From a virus: a stretch of DNA of 64,000 bases. The notes under the pieces were generated by a model that worked only from the letters and a program-made list of their open reading frames with translations, had not been told where the DNA came from and did not search any database. This document shows positions 1-10,387 of this stretch, piece after piece; position 1 is the stretch's first letter; each line of letters begins with the position of its first letter. The stretch is taken from positions 1,390-65,389 of the IMG/VR virus record IMGVR_UViG_3300029860_000005; one strand, 5' to 3'. A program made the translations under genes and the position numbers.

Positions 1-1042
1 TTTTATTACTTAAAAGATTTTGATTTGCGATTATCTATTCAATTTTTTCCAAGCTAGTGTCTCTGATTTTAGTTTGCCTATTCTTGATATTAGTACAATT
101 ACGACAAGCTTGTTCTACTCTTGTCTCTGCTTGACCTTTACATCCACGTTTTGTTGAAGGGACAAGTTCGTATCCCTTAAAATCAAGCATTGACTCGAAT
201 AGCATGAGCTTTTCTTCTTGCGTCCCAACACGAGTAGTTGCATTAACTAAAGGAGCAATATAGAAAGCTACTCCAATAGGCGTAATCTCATTATTAAAAT
301 GAAACTAATCTCTATTGATTATGCCTCTGAAGTAAGGATTGGTGATTTGTTGTAAGCCTTTATTAATTAAATGTTTTGTTTCAAAATCACGCATATCCAT
401 CATGTCAGCCACCATTCCAAGGGCAACTAAATCCAGTATATGATCCGCATACTGAACATTCATAAGTTCATCAATATAACAACAAAACTTATAAACCATT
501 CCTACGCCAGATAAAGATTTAGTTGGATAATCACATAATTGGTTGTTAATAATACAAGCATACTATGATATTTTATCAGCTTCATGGTGGTCTATTACCA
601 ACACGTCAATACCATTTTTATATAAATATTCGTGTTCTAAATAATCATTTGATGAAGAATCTGGAGCAATTACTAATTTAATATCTTTATCAATACTATC
701 TGGTATAATTCCGTGTTGTTTTCCTGCATGGACACGATAAAAAATATTGTTTTGCACAAACGCAGGAAAAAGACAGTATAAGTAATTCATGAGTGCGGCC
801 GCCGAAGTATAGCCATCACAATCACTATCTACCTATATAAGAACTTTGTCATTTTGTGCAATATGTTTGACGAGCATTTTTGCACCATTTTCTATTCTAT
901 CAATAGTTGCTGGTTCGATAATGTCGTCATCAGTGGTATTAAGATAATGAGGAATATCTTGTAATTTAATTCCTCTATTGGTTAGCACCTGTTCGACCGC
1001 CGAATACTGCGGGATGCGAGGGGCTTTTAGTTGATAGTCCAT
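1..1042 (-). CDS. DHH-family phosphoesterase (RecJ-like), partial at window edge; single frame interrupted by in-frame TAG at 305-307, 563-565, 833-835
   Basis: Track ORFs 305..499, 563..790, 833..1042 are in one frame (start/stop offsets divisible by 3). DHH motif 'VLVIDHHEADKIS' is present. Reading TAG at 833 as Q gives 'LI-Q-VDSDCDGYTSAA', a DxD(G) motif spanning the junction. Confidence 0.6.
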
Positions 1043-1111
1043 AGGCTATTCAACCTCCTTTCATAATACCACCACTATTATTTAAGAATTTCTATAATTT
1101 ACTTATTCATA

Positions 1112-1429
1112 TCAGTCCTCTCCTACTGGATTACCATAGTAATGATAAGCAGTATAAGGAAGGGCTTTTGTGCATGGAAAAATAATAGTTTCAATAACTG
1201 AAAGAGGGGTTTGACGAGAAATATAAGAAATATTACACTTATGACCTCTGGCATTTCCAGTAGAAATAACTACTTTCCAATAATCTTCATTTTCAAAAAC
1301 TATAGAATAACGATTAATAGATTTATTTTTCTCTATTGGTTTTATACCCATTGCTTTATATTGTTCTTCAATTCTTTCTAATTGTTCAGTTCCTTCAATA
1401 AAAGTATTACACCAAACAATACCTGTCAT
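1112..1429 (-). CDS. hypothetical protein
   Basis: 105-aa ORF with TGA stop, packed between neighbours. Confidence 0.4.
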   Translation of the reverse strand: MTGIVWCNTFIEGTEQLERIEEQYKAMGIKPIEKNKSINRYSIVFENEDYWKVVISTGNARGHKCNISYISRQTPLSVIETIIFPCTKALPYTAYHYYGNPVGED

Positions 1430-1716
1430 AAACCGCTCTCTCCCATCTTATGCCCTAATGGACAAATATGAAAAAAAACAGGAATTTCCATTTCCGTATA
1501 TCCTTTTTCTAAATCTCCATTATATCTAATTACTTTTCGAGTTTCAATTCCACTTGAGATACAATTACTGGTTTTGTCATAATATTTATTACATTTATCG
1601 CAATAAATACAACTTCGGAGCAAACTATCTCTTTGTTTTTTTAATCCTTCAATTTGCGCGCTCAGTGAAATAATTGTATCATTTATAGAGATAGGAATAT
1701 CATAATCATCATTCAT
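1426..1716 (-). CDS. zinc-ribbon protein (2x CxxC)
   Basis: 96-aa ORF; CxxC...CxxC pattern (CIYCDKC ... C). Confidence 0.4.
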   Translation of the reverse strand: MNDDYDIPISINDTIISLSAQIEGLKKQRDSLLRSCIYCDKCNKYYDKTSNCISSGIETRKVIRYNGDLEKGYTEMEIPVFFHICPLGHKMGESGL

Positions 1717-2816
1717 ATAAATATCCTTTCCTTATATAATTGTAAAAATTTTTCTTTACCATCATCAATTGGTGAATCTTTGTATTTTGTAATCATATTT
1801 TTATCAAAAATAAAAGATATAAGCACATCATTTTTAAATTTAGTTCTAATCTTTAAAAGATTTAACTTTAAGTGTTGAAATTCTGCGTCTCCAATTTCTT
1901 GGAATTGTCTATCAAAAGCAATTATAATTTCTTGCGCGCCACTATCTAATAATAATTGAATTTGATGCGAAGAAACATTACTTCCGCAACAAGCTACTGA
2001 TATATTGTTATTCCAACCGAAATCAGTAGCATATTTCAATACTGATTTTTCACTTTCAAAAATTATTGCTTTTTTCATTATGCCAATGGCATTTTTAGAC
2101 CAATTTAATCCATATAAGTTCATTCCAAGAGGATGATTATATAATTGATTATTTATTTTCATTGGTCTATATTTTCCATATAGCTCCGCTTCGTCTTTGC
2201 ACATAGTGCGTCCGCGCAAGCCCACAAATCTTCCACTAATATCATAATGAGGAATTGTAATTTGATCGGCTCCTGGATAAAAACCAATACGTGCTTTATT
2301 AATTACTTCTTGAGAAATTCCCTCATCAAGCCAAGGAATTATTTTAATATTATAATTTAATCTATTTAAAATAGAATCATCATAATCTTTTAAAATAATT
2401 TTATTATTTTTTAATTCAATCTCTTGGATACGAGAATAATTTGATAAAATTTTCCAATCATCTAAAGTTTTACCCATGTCGTCATCTTTTATCATGCCTG
2501 ATAAACCAAAACGACGAGCAACCCATAAAACTGAATCATTTAAATCAAATTCTTCATCATATTGAATTTTCATTACTTTAGAACATAATTCAAAAATATC
2601 AAAAGTTGAATCACATCCTGTGTAGCATTTAAATAATCCTGTATTTTCATAAAAATAAAGTTTTCTGCTACCTTCTCCAGGAGGATTATGACAAATGGTG
2701 GAAGAGAGAATCCCGAATTCTGTATATTCAGGATTTCCCCCCCATTCAATTAATAAATCATAAATATTTTCAAGCCCAAGAGCTTGACGAATTTCTGATT
2801 TATCAAATACTATCAT
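1713..2816 (-). CDS. DnaG-like DNA primase (CHC2 zinc finger + TOPRIM)
   Basis: 'CHNPPGEGSRKLYFYENTGLFKCYTGCD' CHC2 finger; acidic TOPRIM-like 'IIFESEKS', 'AFDRQ'. Confidence 0.65.
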   Translation of the reverse strand: MIVFDKSEIRQALGLENIYDLLIEWGGNPEYTEFGILSSTICHNPPGEGSRKLYFYENTGLFKCYTGCDSTFDIFELCSKVMKIQYDEEFDLNDSVLWVARRFGLSGMIKDDDMGKTLDDWKILSNYSRIQEIELKNNKIILKDYDDSILNRLNYNIKIIPWLDEGISQEVINKARIGFYPGADQITIPHYDISGRFVGLRGRTMCKDEAELYGKYRPMKINNQLYNHPLGMNLYGLNWSKNAIGIMKKAIIFESEKSVLKYATDFGWNNNISVACCGSNVSSHQIQLLLDSGAQEIIIAFDRQFQEIGDAEFQHLKLNLLKIRTKFKNDVLISFIFDKNMITKYKDSPIDDGKEKFLQLYKERIFI

Positions 2817-2985
2817 AAGTAATTACTTTAGAACAATTTCTCATAAGTCCGCACTGTTCATTAACATAATGGACAAGCATTTCTTGCGGACGAAGCTTAG
2901 CAAGACTGGGAACAGCTTTATAAGAACGAATAATCTCCTTAGCCATTCTATTACTCATCTTGTATTCAACATTACCACTCTTCAT
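2803..2985 (-). CDS. hypothetical protein
   Basis: 60-aa ORF preceded by AAGGAGA RBS. Confidence 0.3.
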   Translation of the reverse strand: MKSGNVEYKMSNRMAKEIIRSYKAVPSLAKLRPQEMLVHYVNEQCGLMRNCSKVITYDSI

Positions 2986-3002
2986 AATTTTTCTCCTTAA
3001 TT

Positions 3003-4268
3003 TTAAAAAGCTGACTCTTCTTCAAGAGTAATTTTTATATCATCAATAGGAACAAGTTCATAAGCATATGTAGTACAAAACATAGGAATAATTCTACAAG
3101 TTCCTAAATCTGCTTTACACCATAAAATAACTCCTTTATACCTACCACGTCTATTTTTATAGACAGATATTTTAATAGTTGGAGTATCAAATAATTTTGT
3201 GTTTAGTATTTTTTCCAATGAAATTAAATCATCATCTTGGACATTTAAAAGAATTGATCCATAATCTACTTTATCGGCAATAGATTTTGCTCCACGCAAA
3301 AGATTCTGATCAGGAGTTTTAGAATCAACATAATCACCATTTAATTGTGTTGCTGACATAATAAAAACACCATATTGATTACAGATATCTTTTAATTTGT
3401 TAGATAGCATAAAAAGTATATTATCTTCACGAAGTTTTACTCCACCACTACGACGAGTAATTTCTTCAAGAATTTTCATACTTGTATGAATATAGTCATG
3501 GAAGATATATTTTACATCGTGATCTCGGATGCCTTTTTTGATTTCATTTTCAACATCCTGTAATGAAAAATCGGGTAATTCACGAATATATAATGGGCTA
3601 TCTTTAAGAATTTTCGCAGCTTCTATTACTCGTTCTTTTTCATTTCCTTGATATTCATTATAAATAATATGTTCTTCATTTACGTTAGAAAGAAAAGCAA
3701 GCATCATTGTTTGAATTTCATTTTTATCTTGCTCTGTAGTTATATACAATACTGGTTCTTGGATTCCATTTTTGATCCAACTTCCAAAAGTATCGTCATA
3801 TATTTTATTACAAGCAATATAACACGAATCCGCAATCATAGAACGAGTTTTACCTACACCTGTGGCCGCGGAGCGCAAATAAAACTTTTTAAGTCTCGCA
3901 CCACGAGTAACTGTATTAATTAATGGCCCATATAGAGGACTTCCTGCTATTGGATGTTGCTCTAAATCATCAAGCAATTCAAAGATTCCATCACCTGCTT
4001 GAACCGCGACTCCTTCAACGTCATTTACATACTCATATTTAATTTGTTCTATGCGGTCATCAATTAATTGTGCGATATGCTCTAATGAAGAATTATCAAG
4101 ATTATCTTCTTGTAATTGTTTTTTTTCAGTATCTAAAATATTATCAGGATCATAAATAAAAGAAACATCAATGCCATATCTGTCATAAGCACGAAGTAGA
4201 GACATTTTTTTTAAACGACCATAATAATAATCAAATGACAAAGGTTTCGCATTTTCAGAAACTTTCAA
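3003..4268 (-). CDS. DnaB-family replicative helicase
   Basis: Walker A 'ATGVGKTRSM', RecA-fold C-terminal half, 421 aa, TAA stop followed by an RBS for the next gene. Confidence 0.7.
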   Translation of the reverse strand: MKVSENAKPLSFDYYYGRLKKMSLLRAYDRYGIDVSFIYDPDNILDTEKKQLQEDNLDNSSLEHIAQLIDDRIEQIKYEYVNDVEGVAVQAGDGIFELLDDLEQHPIAGSPLYGPLINTVTRGARLKKFYLRSAATGVGKTRSMIADSCYIACNKIYDDTFGSWIKNGIQEPVLYITTEQDKNEIQTMMLAFLSNVNEEHIIYNEYQGNEKERVIEAAKILKDSPLYIRELPDFSLQDVENEIKKGIRDHDVKYIFHDYIHTSMKILEEITRRSGGVKLREDNILFMLSNKLKDICNQYGVFIMSATQLNGDYVDSKTPDQNLLRGAKSIADKVDYGSILLNVQDDDLISLEKILNTKLFDTPTIKISVYKNRRGRYKGVILWCKADLGTCRIIPMFCTTYAYELVPIDDIKITLEEESAF

Positions 4269-4545
4269 TAACCATTCTTCACCTTTATTAACTTTAAATG
4301 TGGCTTCATATTTAGGTCGAGAAGAAAGAAAATCACTAATATTTTCTAAAGTAATTTTCTAAGCTCCTAATTCATGAATTTTATATATTGCTCCAAAAAC
4401 AATTCTATGAAATTCATCAGCAAAATCTTCATCAGTTATTGTATATCTATCAGTAAAATCCAAAAGCTAAGGAGTATTATATACGCACCCTATAACTTGT
4501 GTAATCGCTGTTGGGTCTACATATTTACTCGGCATTTAAGTCCTC

Positions 4546-4875
4546 CTATTCATCTAAAAATGTAAAAACTGATCTTTTTCGAGGTTCTTTTTTAGGAATA
4601 GGAATTTTTATTTCCTTTAATTTAGGAACGTAATCAATAACATTTTTATCTTTATTGGATTGTTGAATCATCCAAAGATTATAATAATAATTGTAAGCGT
4701 CTTTATAAATAAAAGGTATAATACCAATTCCACCATTAGCTTTATTTTTATTATTTCCTTTAACCTCATAAAAATAAACTAAGGCTTTTAACATTCCAGA
4801 ATATGTATATTGATATTCTCTGATATAATCATTCATTTGCTTGCGGACGCGAGCATTAATATATGATTCTCCCAA
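4546..4875 (-). CDS. hypothetical protein (ends at TAG; region 4270-4545 may be TAG-containing coding continuation)
   Basis: ORF stop is TAG; several in-frame-possible CTA triplets on plus strand downstream. Confidence 0.3.
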   Translation of the reverse strand: MGESYINARVRKQMNDYIREYQYTYSGMLKALVYFYEVKGNNKNKANGGIGIIPFIYKDAYNYYYNLWMIQQSNKDKNVIDYVPKLKEIKIPIPKKEPRKRSVFTFLDE

Positions 4876-5122
4876 TAAATTTTTTACATATTCTTCAAAT
4901 TTTTCTTTATCTAAATCTTCTTTTGTTTTTACTTTTTCGGGCGGATTATGAACTTGTAAAGGAGTGTCTTCATTTTCAGCCTATTTAGCACATTCAGGGT
5001 GCGCATATCTTCGAGATTTTATTTGAACATAAGGAAACTTATCTCTATCAAAAGTCTGCTGACAATAAATACATTTAACTTTATGTATATAAATTACTCC
5101 TTTCCATTACTTTATATAAATA

Positions 5123-5150
5123 TTATACAATATTTTTAAATAAAAGTCAA
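5123..5150 (-). promoter_or_regulatory. sigma70-type promoter TTGACT-17-TATAAT
   Basis: minus strand TTGACTTTTATTTAAAAATATTGTATAAT. Confidence 0.5.
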
Positions 5151-5153
5151 ACC

Positions 5154-5190
5154 GGAGCGACTTTTATCACTCCGGTTATAAATTATATTT
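5154..5190 (-). terminator. rho-independent terminator after gene 5194..6189 (CCGGAG...CTCCGG hairpin + T-rich tail)
   Basis: inverted repeat then TTTGACTTTTATTT on minus strand. Confidence 0.45.
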
Positions 5191-5193
5191 TAT

Positions 5194-6189
5194 TTACTTA
5201 TTTTCCATTTGAGGAAGAAGATCATCTTTAATTTCACCAACAATTAAAGATACAAATTCTGCCTGCTCGGGAGTGGCGTCAGAAATTTTCTTACCTTTGC
5301 CCAAATATTTATCAATAATTTGAGTGATACGAGGACCAAAGAATCCAGGGTTCTTATTCATCATATCTCCAGCAAGGTTTTGGAATTCAGCCATAAGTGC
5401 TTCATAATCATAAGTAGGAGCTTCAGGGGCAACGACCATCTTTTCATCAGTGACAAATTTACCACCATTGTCAGCAGCTTCCTTATCAATAGCCTCATGG
5501 ATGGCATTAATAAGACTATCATAATTCATAGGAATTTCGCTCTCAATATACTTAAAACGACCACCGCAGTCAATAAGGTCATTACCAGAACGAAGAGTTA
5601 AGACAGACATTTGGCCTGCTGCCTTTTGATGGGCATATCCATAAACATCAGCCATACCGGTGATAATAGTGCGAGTGGATTGAGAAAGATTTGGTCTTAC
5701 TGCCACAACCTCAGTACCATCAGGACGAGTTACAGTTTGTTCTTTTTCATGTCCAATAAAGAAAACGGCATATCCAAGACGAGTTAAACCTCTAAAAACT
5801 TCATTAAATTCATCTTTAAACTTAGACCAGCCCTTACCATAACCAAGGTCTCCAAGAGATTCAATTTGATTTTGATTACAAATATATTTCTCACAATACT
5901 TAGCAGCTTCATCAATAGTATCTACAATAATAGCGTTATACATTGCCTTTACTTCTGGACGCTTCAAATCACGATAGACTTGCTTCATTTCTGCCCAAGA
6001 AGTAATATCTGCGGCCATAACACCAGGAAGGCAGTTATAACCTTGCTCAAAAGCTAAAAGCAAAGAATTTGGCATTTGAGTTGCTAAAGTAGTCTTACCA
6101 GTCTTGGGTTTACCATAAATAAAAGTAATATAACCAGAAAGATCTTTACTTACCTTATGAGGTTGAATTTTAGTTAAATCAATAGCCAT
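5194..6189 (-). CDS. RecA-fold ATPase, AAA_24/Sak4-like recombination protein
   Basis: Walker A 'GKPKTGKTTLA', Walker B 'AIIVDTIDE', 331 aa. Confidence 0.6.
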   Translation of the reverse strand: MAIDLTKIQPHKVSKDLSGYITFIYGKPKTGKTTLATQMPNSLLLAFEQGYNCLPGVMAADITSWAEMKQVYRDLKRPEVKAMYNAIIVDTIDEAAKYCEKYICNQNQIESLGDLGYGKGWSKFKDEFNEVFRGLTRLGYAVFFIGHEKEQTVTRPDGTEVVAVRPNLSQSTRTIITGMADVYGYAHQKAAGQMSVLTLRSGNDLIDCGGRFKYIESEIPMNYDSLINAIHEAIDKEAADNGGKFVTDEKMVVAPEAPTYDYEALMAEFQNLAGDMMNKNPGFFGPRITQIIDKYLGKGKKISDATPEQAEFVSLIVGEIKDDLLPQMENK

Positions 6190-6336
6190 TATGTTATTTC
6201 TCCTTATTTGTTTTAATTATTATCTCTTTAAGTATTTCTTCTAAATTTAGTATATTACAAAAATCATCATATAAATTAACTTTAGCGCGATGACCTCTTA
6301 TTGTGAGGTCATCGCTATTTAATGGCTAATTCATGA

Positions 6337-7284
6337 TTAGAATTTAAAGCCTTCCGTAGCAGTGGGTGCAACAGTAGTAGCAGTAGTGGCATTCTGCTTA
6401 GAAGCTTTATATTCATCTTGGCGCTGCTTCAAAGTAGCAAGATAAGTCTCACGTGCGGCCATAGCTTCAGTAAGCTCTTTCGCAGTGATAGAACTTTCAT
6501 CATCCCAAACATAAGGCTCCTTAGCGCCGCCGGTAATAACAAAATCCTTACGAGTGCTCTGAACCTCACGGACATTATCGTCGCCAAATGCAGACTCTTC
6601 ACGAATCTCACGCTTAATTACTTCAGATACCTGACGACCCCAAAGCTTTGTGAATACAGGCTCAGAAGGAGAAGCTCCAAGACCCTCATAATAAGCCATG
6701 GCTCCAGGATTAGTAGCTGTAAACTCAACAGGAAGTAAAGACTTGCGGAAATCAAAAATTGCTCCCTTAACAATTACCTTTTCAGGGATATTGTGCTCTT
6801 CATCAGCATCAACATGAGTCACATTGGTGATAATCATATCACACTTAAAAGTATTGCGCTGCTTTTCATCATCAATAAGAGTGGTAGTAGTATGAACAAA
6901 CCCGCCCTCATTGCGCTTAGTGCTTACAAGCTCTTCCTTGCCATTACGATCAGAATAAAATTCATTAAGACCAATCGCAGAATCGACACGAAGCTTAGCA
7001 GCTTTATCTTCTCCATCAGCCATATAATTACCGATTGTACCATCAATAATATTCTGAAGAATACTATATGTAGCATTAGGAGTGCCCTTAGTAGTAATTT
7101 GAGTTACATAAGTAAAATGAACCTGGACGATATTAGTAAGAGCATTATCAGTAGCAATACTAATAGTACCAGAAATAAAAGGAGTGCCGGGATTCTTAGA
7201 ATTTGGTCCGGTTACCTTATTTTCCAAAGCATGTTCGTACAAGATACCTTCAATATGAGTAGCATTTTCCATTACTTTCTTCAT
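6337..7284 (-). CDS. hypothetical protein (possible ssDNA-binding protein by position in replication module)
   Basis: 315-aa ORF between recombinase ATPase and regulator; no motif recognised. Confidence 0.35.
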   Translation of the reverse strand: MKKVMENATHIEGILYEHALENKVTGPNSKNPGTPFISGTISIATDNALTNIVQVHFTYVTQITTKGTPNATYSILQNIIDGTIGNYMADGEDKAAKLRVDSAIGLNEFYSDRNGKEELVSTKRNEGGFVHTTTTLIDDEKQRNTFKCDMIITNVTHVDADEEHNIPEKVIVKGAIFDFRKSLLPVEFTATNPGAMAYYEGLGASPSEPVFTKLWGRQVSEVIKREIREESAFGDDNVREVQSTRKDFVITGGAKEPYVWDDESSITAKELTEAMAARETYLATLKQRQDEYKASKQNATTATTVAPTATEGFKF

Positions 7285-7298
7285 AAATAAATTTCTCC

Positions 7299-7676
7299 TT
7301 AATTAAATAAATTCAATAAATTAATATTTTTTCCTTTTTCTGTTAAAGTATAAATAATTGGATCTTGACTAACTTTTTCTACGAAACCATCAGATACTAA
7401 TTTGCGCATGGAACCCGCAACTCCACGGCTAGACACGCCGAGATATTCGGCAATTTCTCTTGATTTAACAAGAGGAATATCTTTATTATTATCTTGCATC
7501 CATTTAATAATGGCTTTTCCGCCCTCAGTAAATAGAGGCTTTTCAGTTTCTTCTTTAGCTTTTAACGCTTCCCAATAGATACTAGCGTCTTCACTCATTA
7601 CTACTGGATAGCGGTTTTCATTAGTGGCAACAATTAATTCTTCAACATAATCAATAAATGCTTGTTTCTTACTCAT
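7299..7676 (-). CDS. winged-helix transcriptional regulator
   Basis: 'EIAEYLGVSSRGVAGSMRKLVSDGFVEK' HTH-like segment. Confidence 0.45.
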   Translation of the reverse strand: MSKKQAFIDYVEELIVATNENRYPVVMSEDASIYWEALKAKEETEKPLFTEGGKAIIKWMQDNNKDIPLVKSREIAEYLGVSSRGVAGSMRKLVSDGFVEKVSQDPIIYTLTEKGKNINLLNLFN

Positions 7677-7714
7677 TTTAAAAAGTTTATAACCTTTCTT
7701 TATCTTATATAAAT

Positions 7715-7743
7715 ATTATATAATATTTATTTAGAAAAATCAA
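7715..7743 (-). promoter_or_regulatory. sigma70-type promoter TTGATT-17-TATAAT
   Basis: minus strand TTGATTTTTCTAAATAAATATTATATAAT, ~30 nt upstream of gene 7299..7676. Confidence 0.5.
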
Positions 7744-7750
7744 GTTATGA

Positions 7751-8275
7751 TTAATTTACCAATAGTTCTTCCGCATAAGGAAGAGTTTCAATCCATTTAC
7801 AGAATTCTCTCCATTCGGGAAGATGATGGTTTTTTCTCTAAATATATATGTTTCTTAAACATCTATAATTAGTAGTTAATCTTGCGGTAAGCAAAAATCC
7901 AGCAGGATTAGAGTATAGAATCTCGAGATATTTTTCTTTTCTGATTTCCTCTAACTGCTCAAGCATTTTAATTTTCTCATTTTTATTTTCAGTTTCACAA
8001 TGCTTAATTCTATCAATAATACTTAAAAGCTTATTATAAATATCAACTTTCTCACGCATTATTTCAATGATTCTTGGATCAACATATTCATTATATTGCT
8101 CATTTAAATCAAATTTAGTAATGCAATGCATTGTGGATTGTGAAGATACAAATTCAAGGAATCTGTATCTTTCTGCTTCGACCCAAGCCTTATTGGAAAA
8201 AGTTAAATCAAAATTAACTCTAATACCAGTTAAAAATTGGGCATGAGCCATATTACCACTTTTCGTGGCAGACAC
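7751..8275 (-). CDS. hypothetical protein with in-frame TAG at 7838-7840 (read-through adds 28 aa, ends TAA)
   Basis: After TAG the same frame continues 'RKNHHLPEWREFCKWIETLPYAEELLVN' to a TAA. Confidence 0.4.
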
Positions 8276-8415
8276 AAGACTCTAACATCTTGTCATATCT
8301 CTATCATTAATTGGATGTTGCTCGGTATCCGTTCTCATTGGATACCCAGAAGCAACCATACTTTCTGGCAAGTCATAGACTCTCACATTACTGACGATTT
8401 TATTATTTTTCATAA

Positions 8416-8691
8416 TCAATCCTCATTACTTAAAGTATATCCGCTTAGATTATGCCCAAGAGAACGAACAAAACAATCAAGTTCATCAATAAATACCATA
8501 CTGCCTTTTGGATAATTCCCATTTATATAATCATAATATGAAATAAAATCAATTCCAATAATTCCATATCCTTCTGACTTAATTCTCATAGCATCAGGAT
8601 TAGAACAAGCAATAATAGCATTTTTCTCTTTGGCTAACAGTATTAATCTACTCGTTTTTCCTGTTCCACATTTATCAATTATTCTATACAT
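8416..8691 (-). CDS. small P-loop NTPase (possibly truncated)
   Basis: 'DKCGTGKTS' Walker A, 'VFIDELD' Walker B, only 91 aa. Confidence 0.35.
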   Translation of the reverse strand: MYRIIDKCGTGKTSRLILLAKEKNAIIACSNPDAMRIKSEGYGIIGIDFISYYDYINGNYPKGSMVFIDELDCFVRSLGHNLSGYTLSNED

Positions 8692-9116
8692 TATTTTATA
8701 CTATACCCAAATTCCTTAGCTTTAAAATAGTCTTGCCAGTAATCTTCTCGCACATCTAGCTCTTCACGAGAACATTCTTCTATTACTTCAAAACTAAAAT
8801 TTTCTACTCCAATAGCCAACATAGCAGGATAAAGTTTATTGCGTGTGGCGGGCTCTGCCCCAATTCCGCGTTTAATATGCTGTTTCCAACGTGCGGAAAG
8901 ATCGACTGCTTGACCCACATAACACATTTGATTTTCTAAATTAGTAATTTTATAGATTCCTGTATGGATTCCAGAACCAATTACTCGACCAATTAAATCT
9001 GTGGTTGGTTTTTCATAATAGCTTTTCCAAATTACTTTATTTAAAATATCTTTATCACGAAGTTTCGGCTCAATAGAACGAAGAAGACTGATTTCATCAA
9101 TATCTATTTGAGACAA
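8691..9116 (-). CDS. GIY-YIG family endonuclease (homing-endonuclease-like)
   Basis: 'GIYKITNLENQMCYVGQAVDLSARWKQH'. Confidence 0.6.
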   Translation of the reverse strand: MSQIDIDEISLLRSIEPKLRDKDILNKVIWKSYYEKPTTDLIGRVIGSGIHTGIYKITNLENQMCYVGQAVDLSARWKQHIKRGIGAEPATRNKLYPAMLAIGVENFSFEVIEECSREELDVREDYWQDYFKAKEFGYSIK

Positions 9117-9704
9117 CTATAATTTATAGAAATCAGCTTGGTTTTTAATTTCTTCGGCGCGTTTCGCAGCATTAACTGCGGCCGCGACTTCTCTGCTATG
9201 TAATTGAATTTCTTCATCTAATTTATTTAATTCTTCTTTTTTAGAATTAATTAAATTAGATAATTCTAAAGAACAATCAACAAGAGTTGATTGATATTCA
9301 TTTTCATATTCTTCTTTAGCTTTCGTATATTTAAATTCTTGTTTATTTAAATCATATTCAAGGCGAACACGAGCATTTTCCATTGATTGCTGATAGAAAA
9401 TATCCGCTGATTGCTTTGCTTGATTCTATAAAGAATTTAAACTATTTTCAACTTCGTCTCTTTTGGACTAAAGAATATTTAAATTATTTTCTACTTCTTC
9501 TTTTCTGGAAGTAATACTTTTTACTGCCGTTGATAATATTGTATACTAATCATCTAAATCTGAATTTTTATATTCAAGCTCTTTATTTTGTTTTATTATT
9601 TCTTCATTAAGCTTTTGAATATTATTTAGTCGTGGACGTAAAATAAAATATATTAAAAATCCACCAATAATAAACGCCAGTATAGCAATTATTAAAGTAA
9701 GCAT
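9117..9704 (-). CDS. membrane-anchored coiled-coil protein with two in-frame TAG (9426-9428, 9546-9548)
   Basis: ATG at 9704 ('MLTLIIAILAFIIGG' TM helix), TAGs and downstream ORF 9117..9383 share one frame (offsets divisible by 3). Confidence 0.45.
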
Positions 9705-9763
9705 AAATATTTAAAAAAGAAGGGGCAGATATTAAATATCTACCCCTTAATAATTTATATTAA

Positions 9764-10054
9764 TTACTCCGCGTCAGGAGCGTCGGGATCAAAGCTCATA
9801 CCAGCGGGAGTGAGAGAGAGGAACTTGACCTGCTTATGAGTGCCATCCTCAAGCTCAACCTCAGCGGGAGTGCGAAGACCGAGACCCTTGCGCTGAATAG
9901 CACTGGTAAAGATACCATCAACAGAACGCTTCTCGAGACCGAGAGCCTCAGCAACATCAGCAGCGGTAACTTCCTGACCGTTAACTTCCTTCAAATAATT
10001 AAGAACCTTCTTAGAATTTTCCTTCATAGCCATAATAATAATAATCTCCTTCAA
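9764..10054 (-). CDS. small DNA-binding-like protein, GC-rich compared with neighbours
   Basis: 96-aa ORF directly downstream of a consensus promoter; composition atypical. Confidence 0.35.
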   Translation of the reverse strand: MKEIIIIMAMKENSKKVLNYLKEVNGQEVTAADVAEALGLEKRSVDGIFTSAIQRKGLGLRTPAEVELEDGTHKQVKFLSLTPAGMSFDPDAPDAE

Positions 10055-10106
10055 ATAATTAAATATTTTTTTTATTTTTTTCTTTTAACCTTTAGGTTAT
10101 GTAAAT

Positions 10107-10135
10107 ATTATAGTAAAAAATTTTTTATTTGTCAA
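10107..10135 (-). promoter_or_regulatory. sigma70-type promoter TTGACA-17-TATAAT
   Basis: perfect consensus hexamers. Confidence 0.55.
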
Positions 10136-10325
10136 GAATTTTTCCAAGAATTTCTTGAACCATTTCATCAATGGTTGTAATATCATCAAGACTGTGAACG
10201 TGGCTCGAAAGTTCCATAATTTGATTCTGGGCTTTACGAACAGCTTGCGGGTCTTCACTTGTCTGAACGATTAATTCTGCATTAGCAATTTTTTTTGCGA
10301 GATTCTTGAGTTCTTTTGTTTTCAT
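10125..10325 (-). CDS. hypothetical protein
   Basis: 66-aa ORF with its own consensus promoter. Confidence 0.3.
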   Translation of the reverse strand: MKTKELKNLAKKIANAELIVQTSEDPQAVRKAQNQIMELSSHVHSLDDITTIDEMVQEILGKILDK

Positions 10326-10358
10326 TTAAAAATTTTCTTCCTTAATTTTTACAAGTTT

Positions 10359-10387
10359 ATTTTACAAAAAATTTTTTTATTTGTCAA
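10359..10387 (-). promoter_or_regulatory. sigma70-type promoter TTGACA-17-TAAAAT
   Basis: by eye. Confidence 0.45.
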
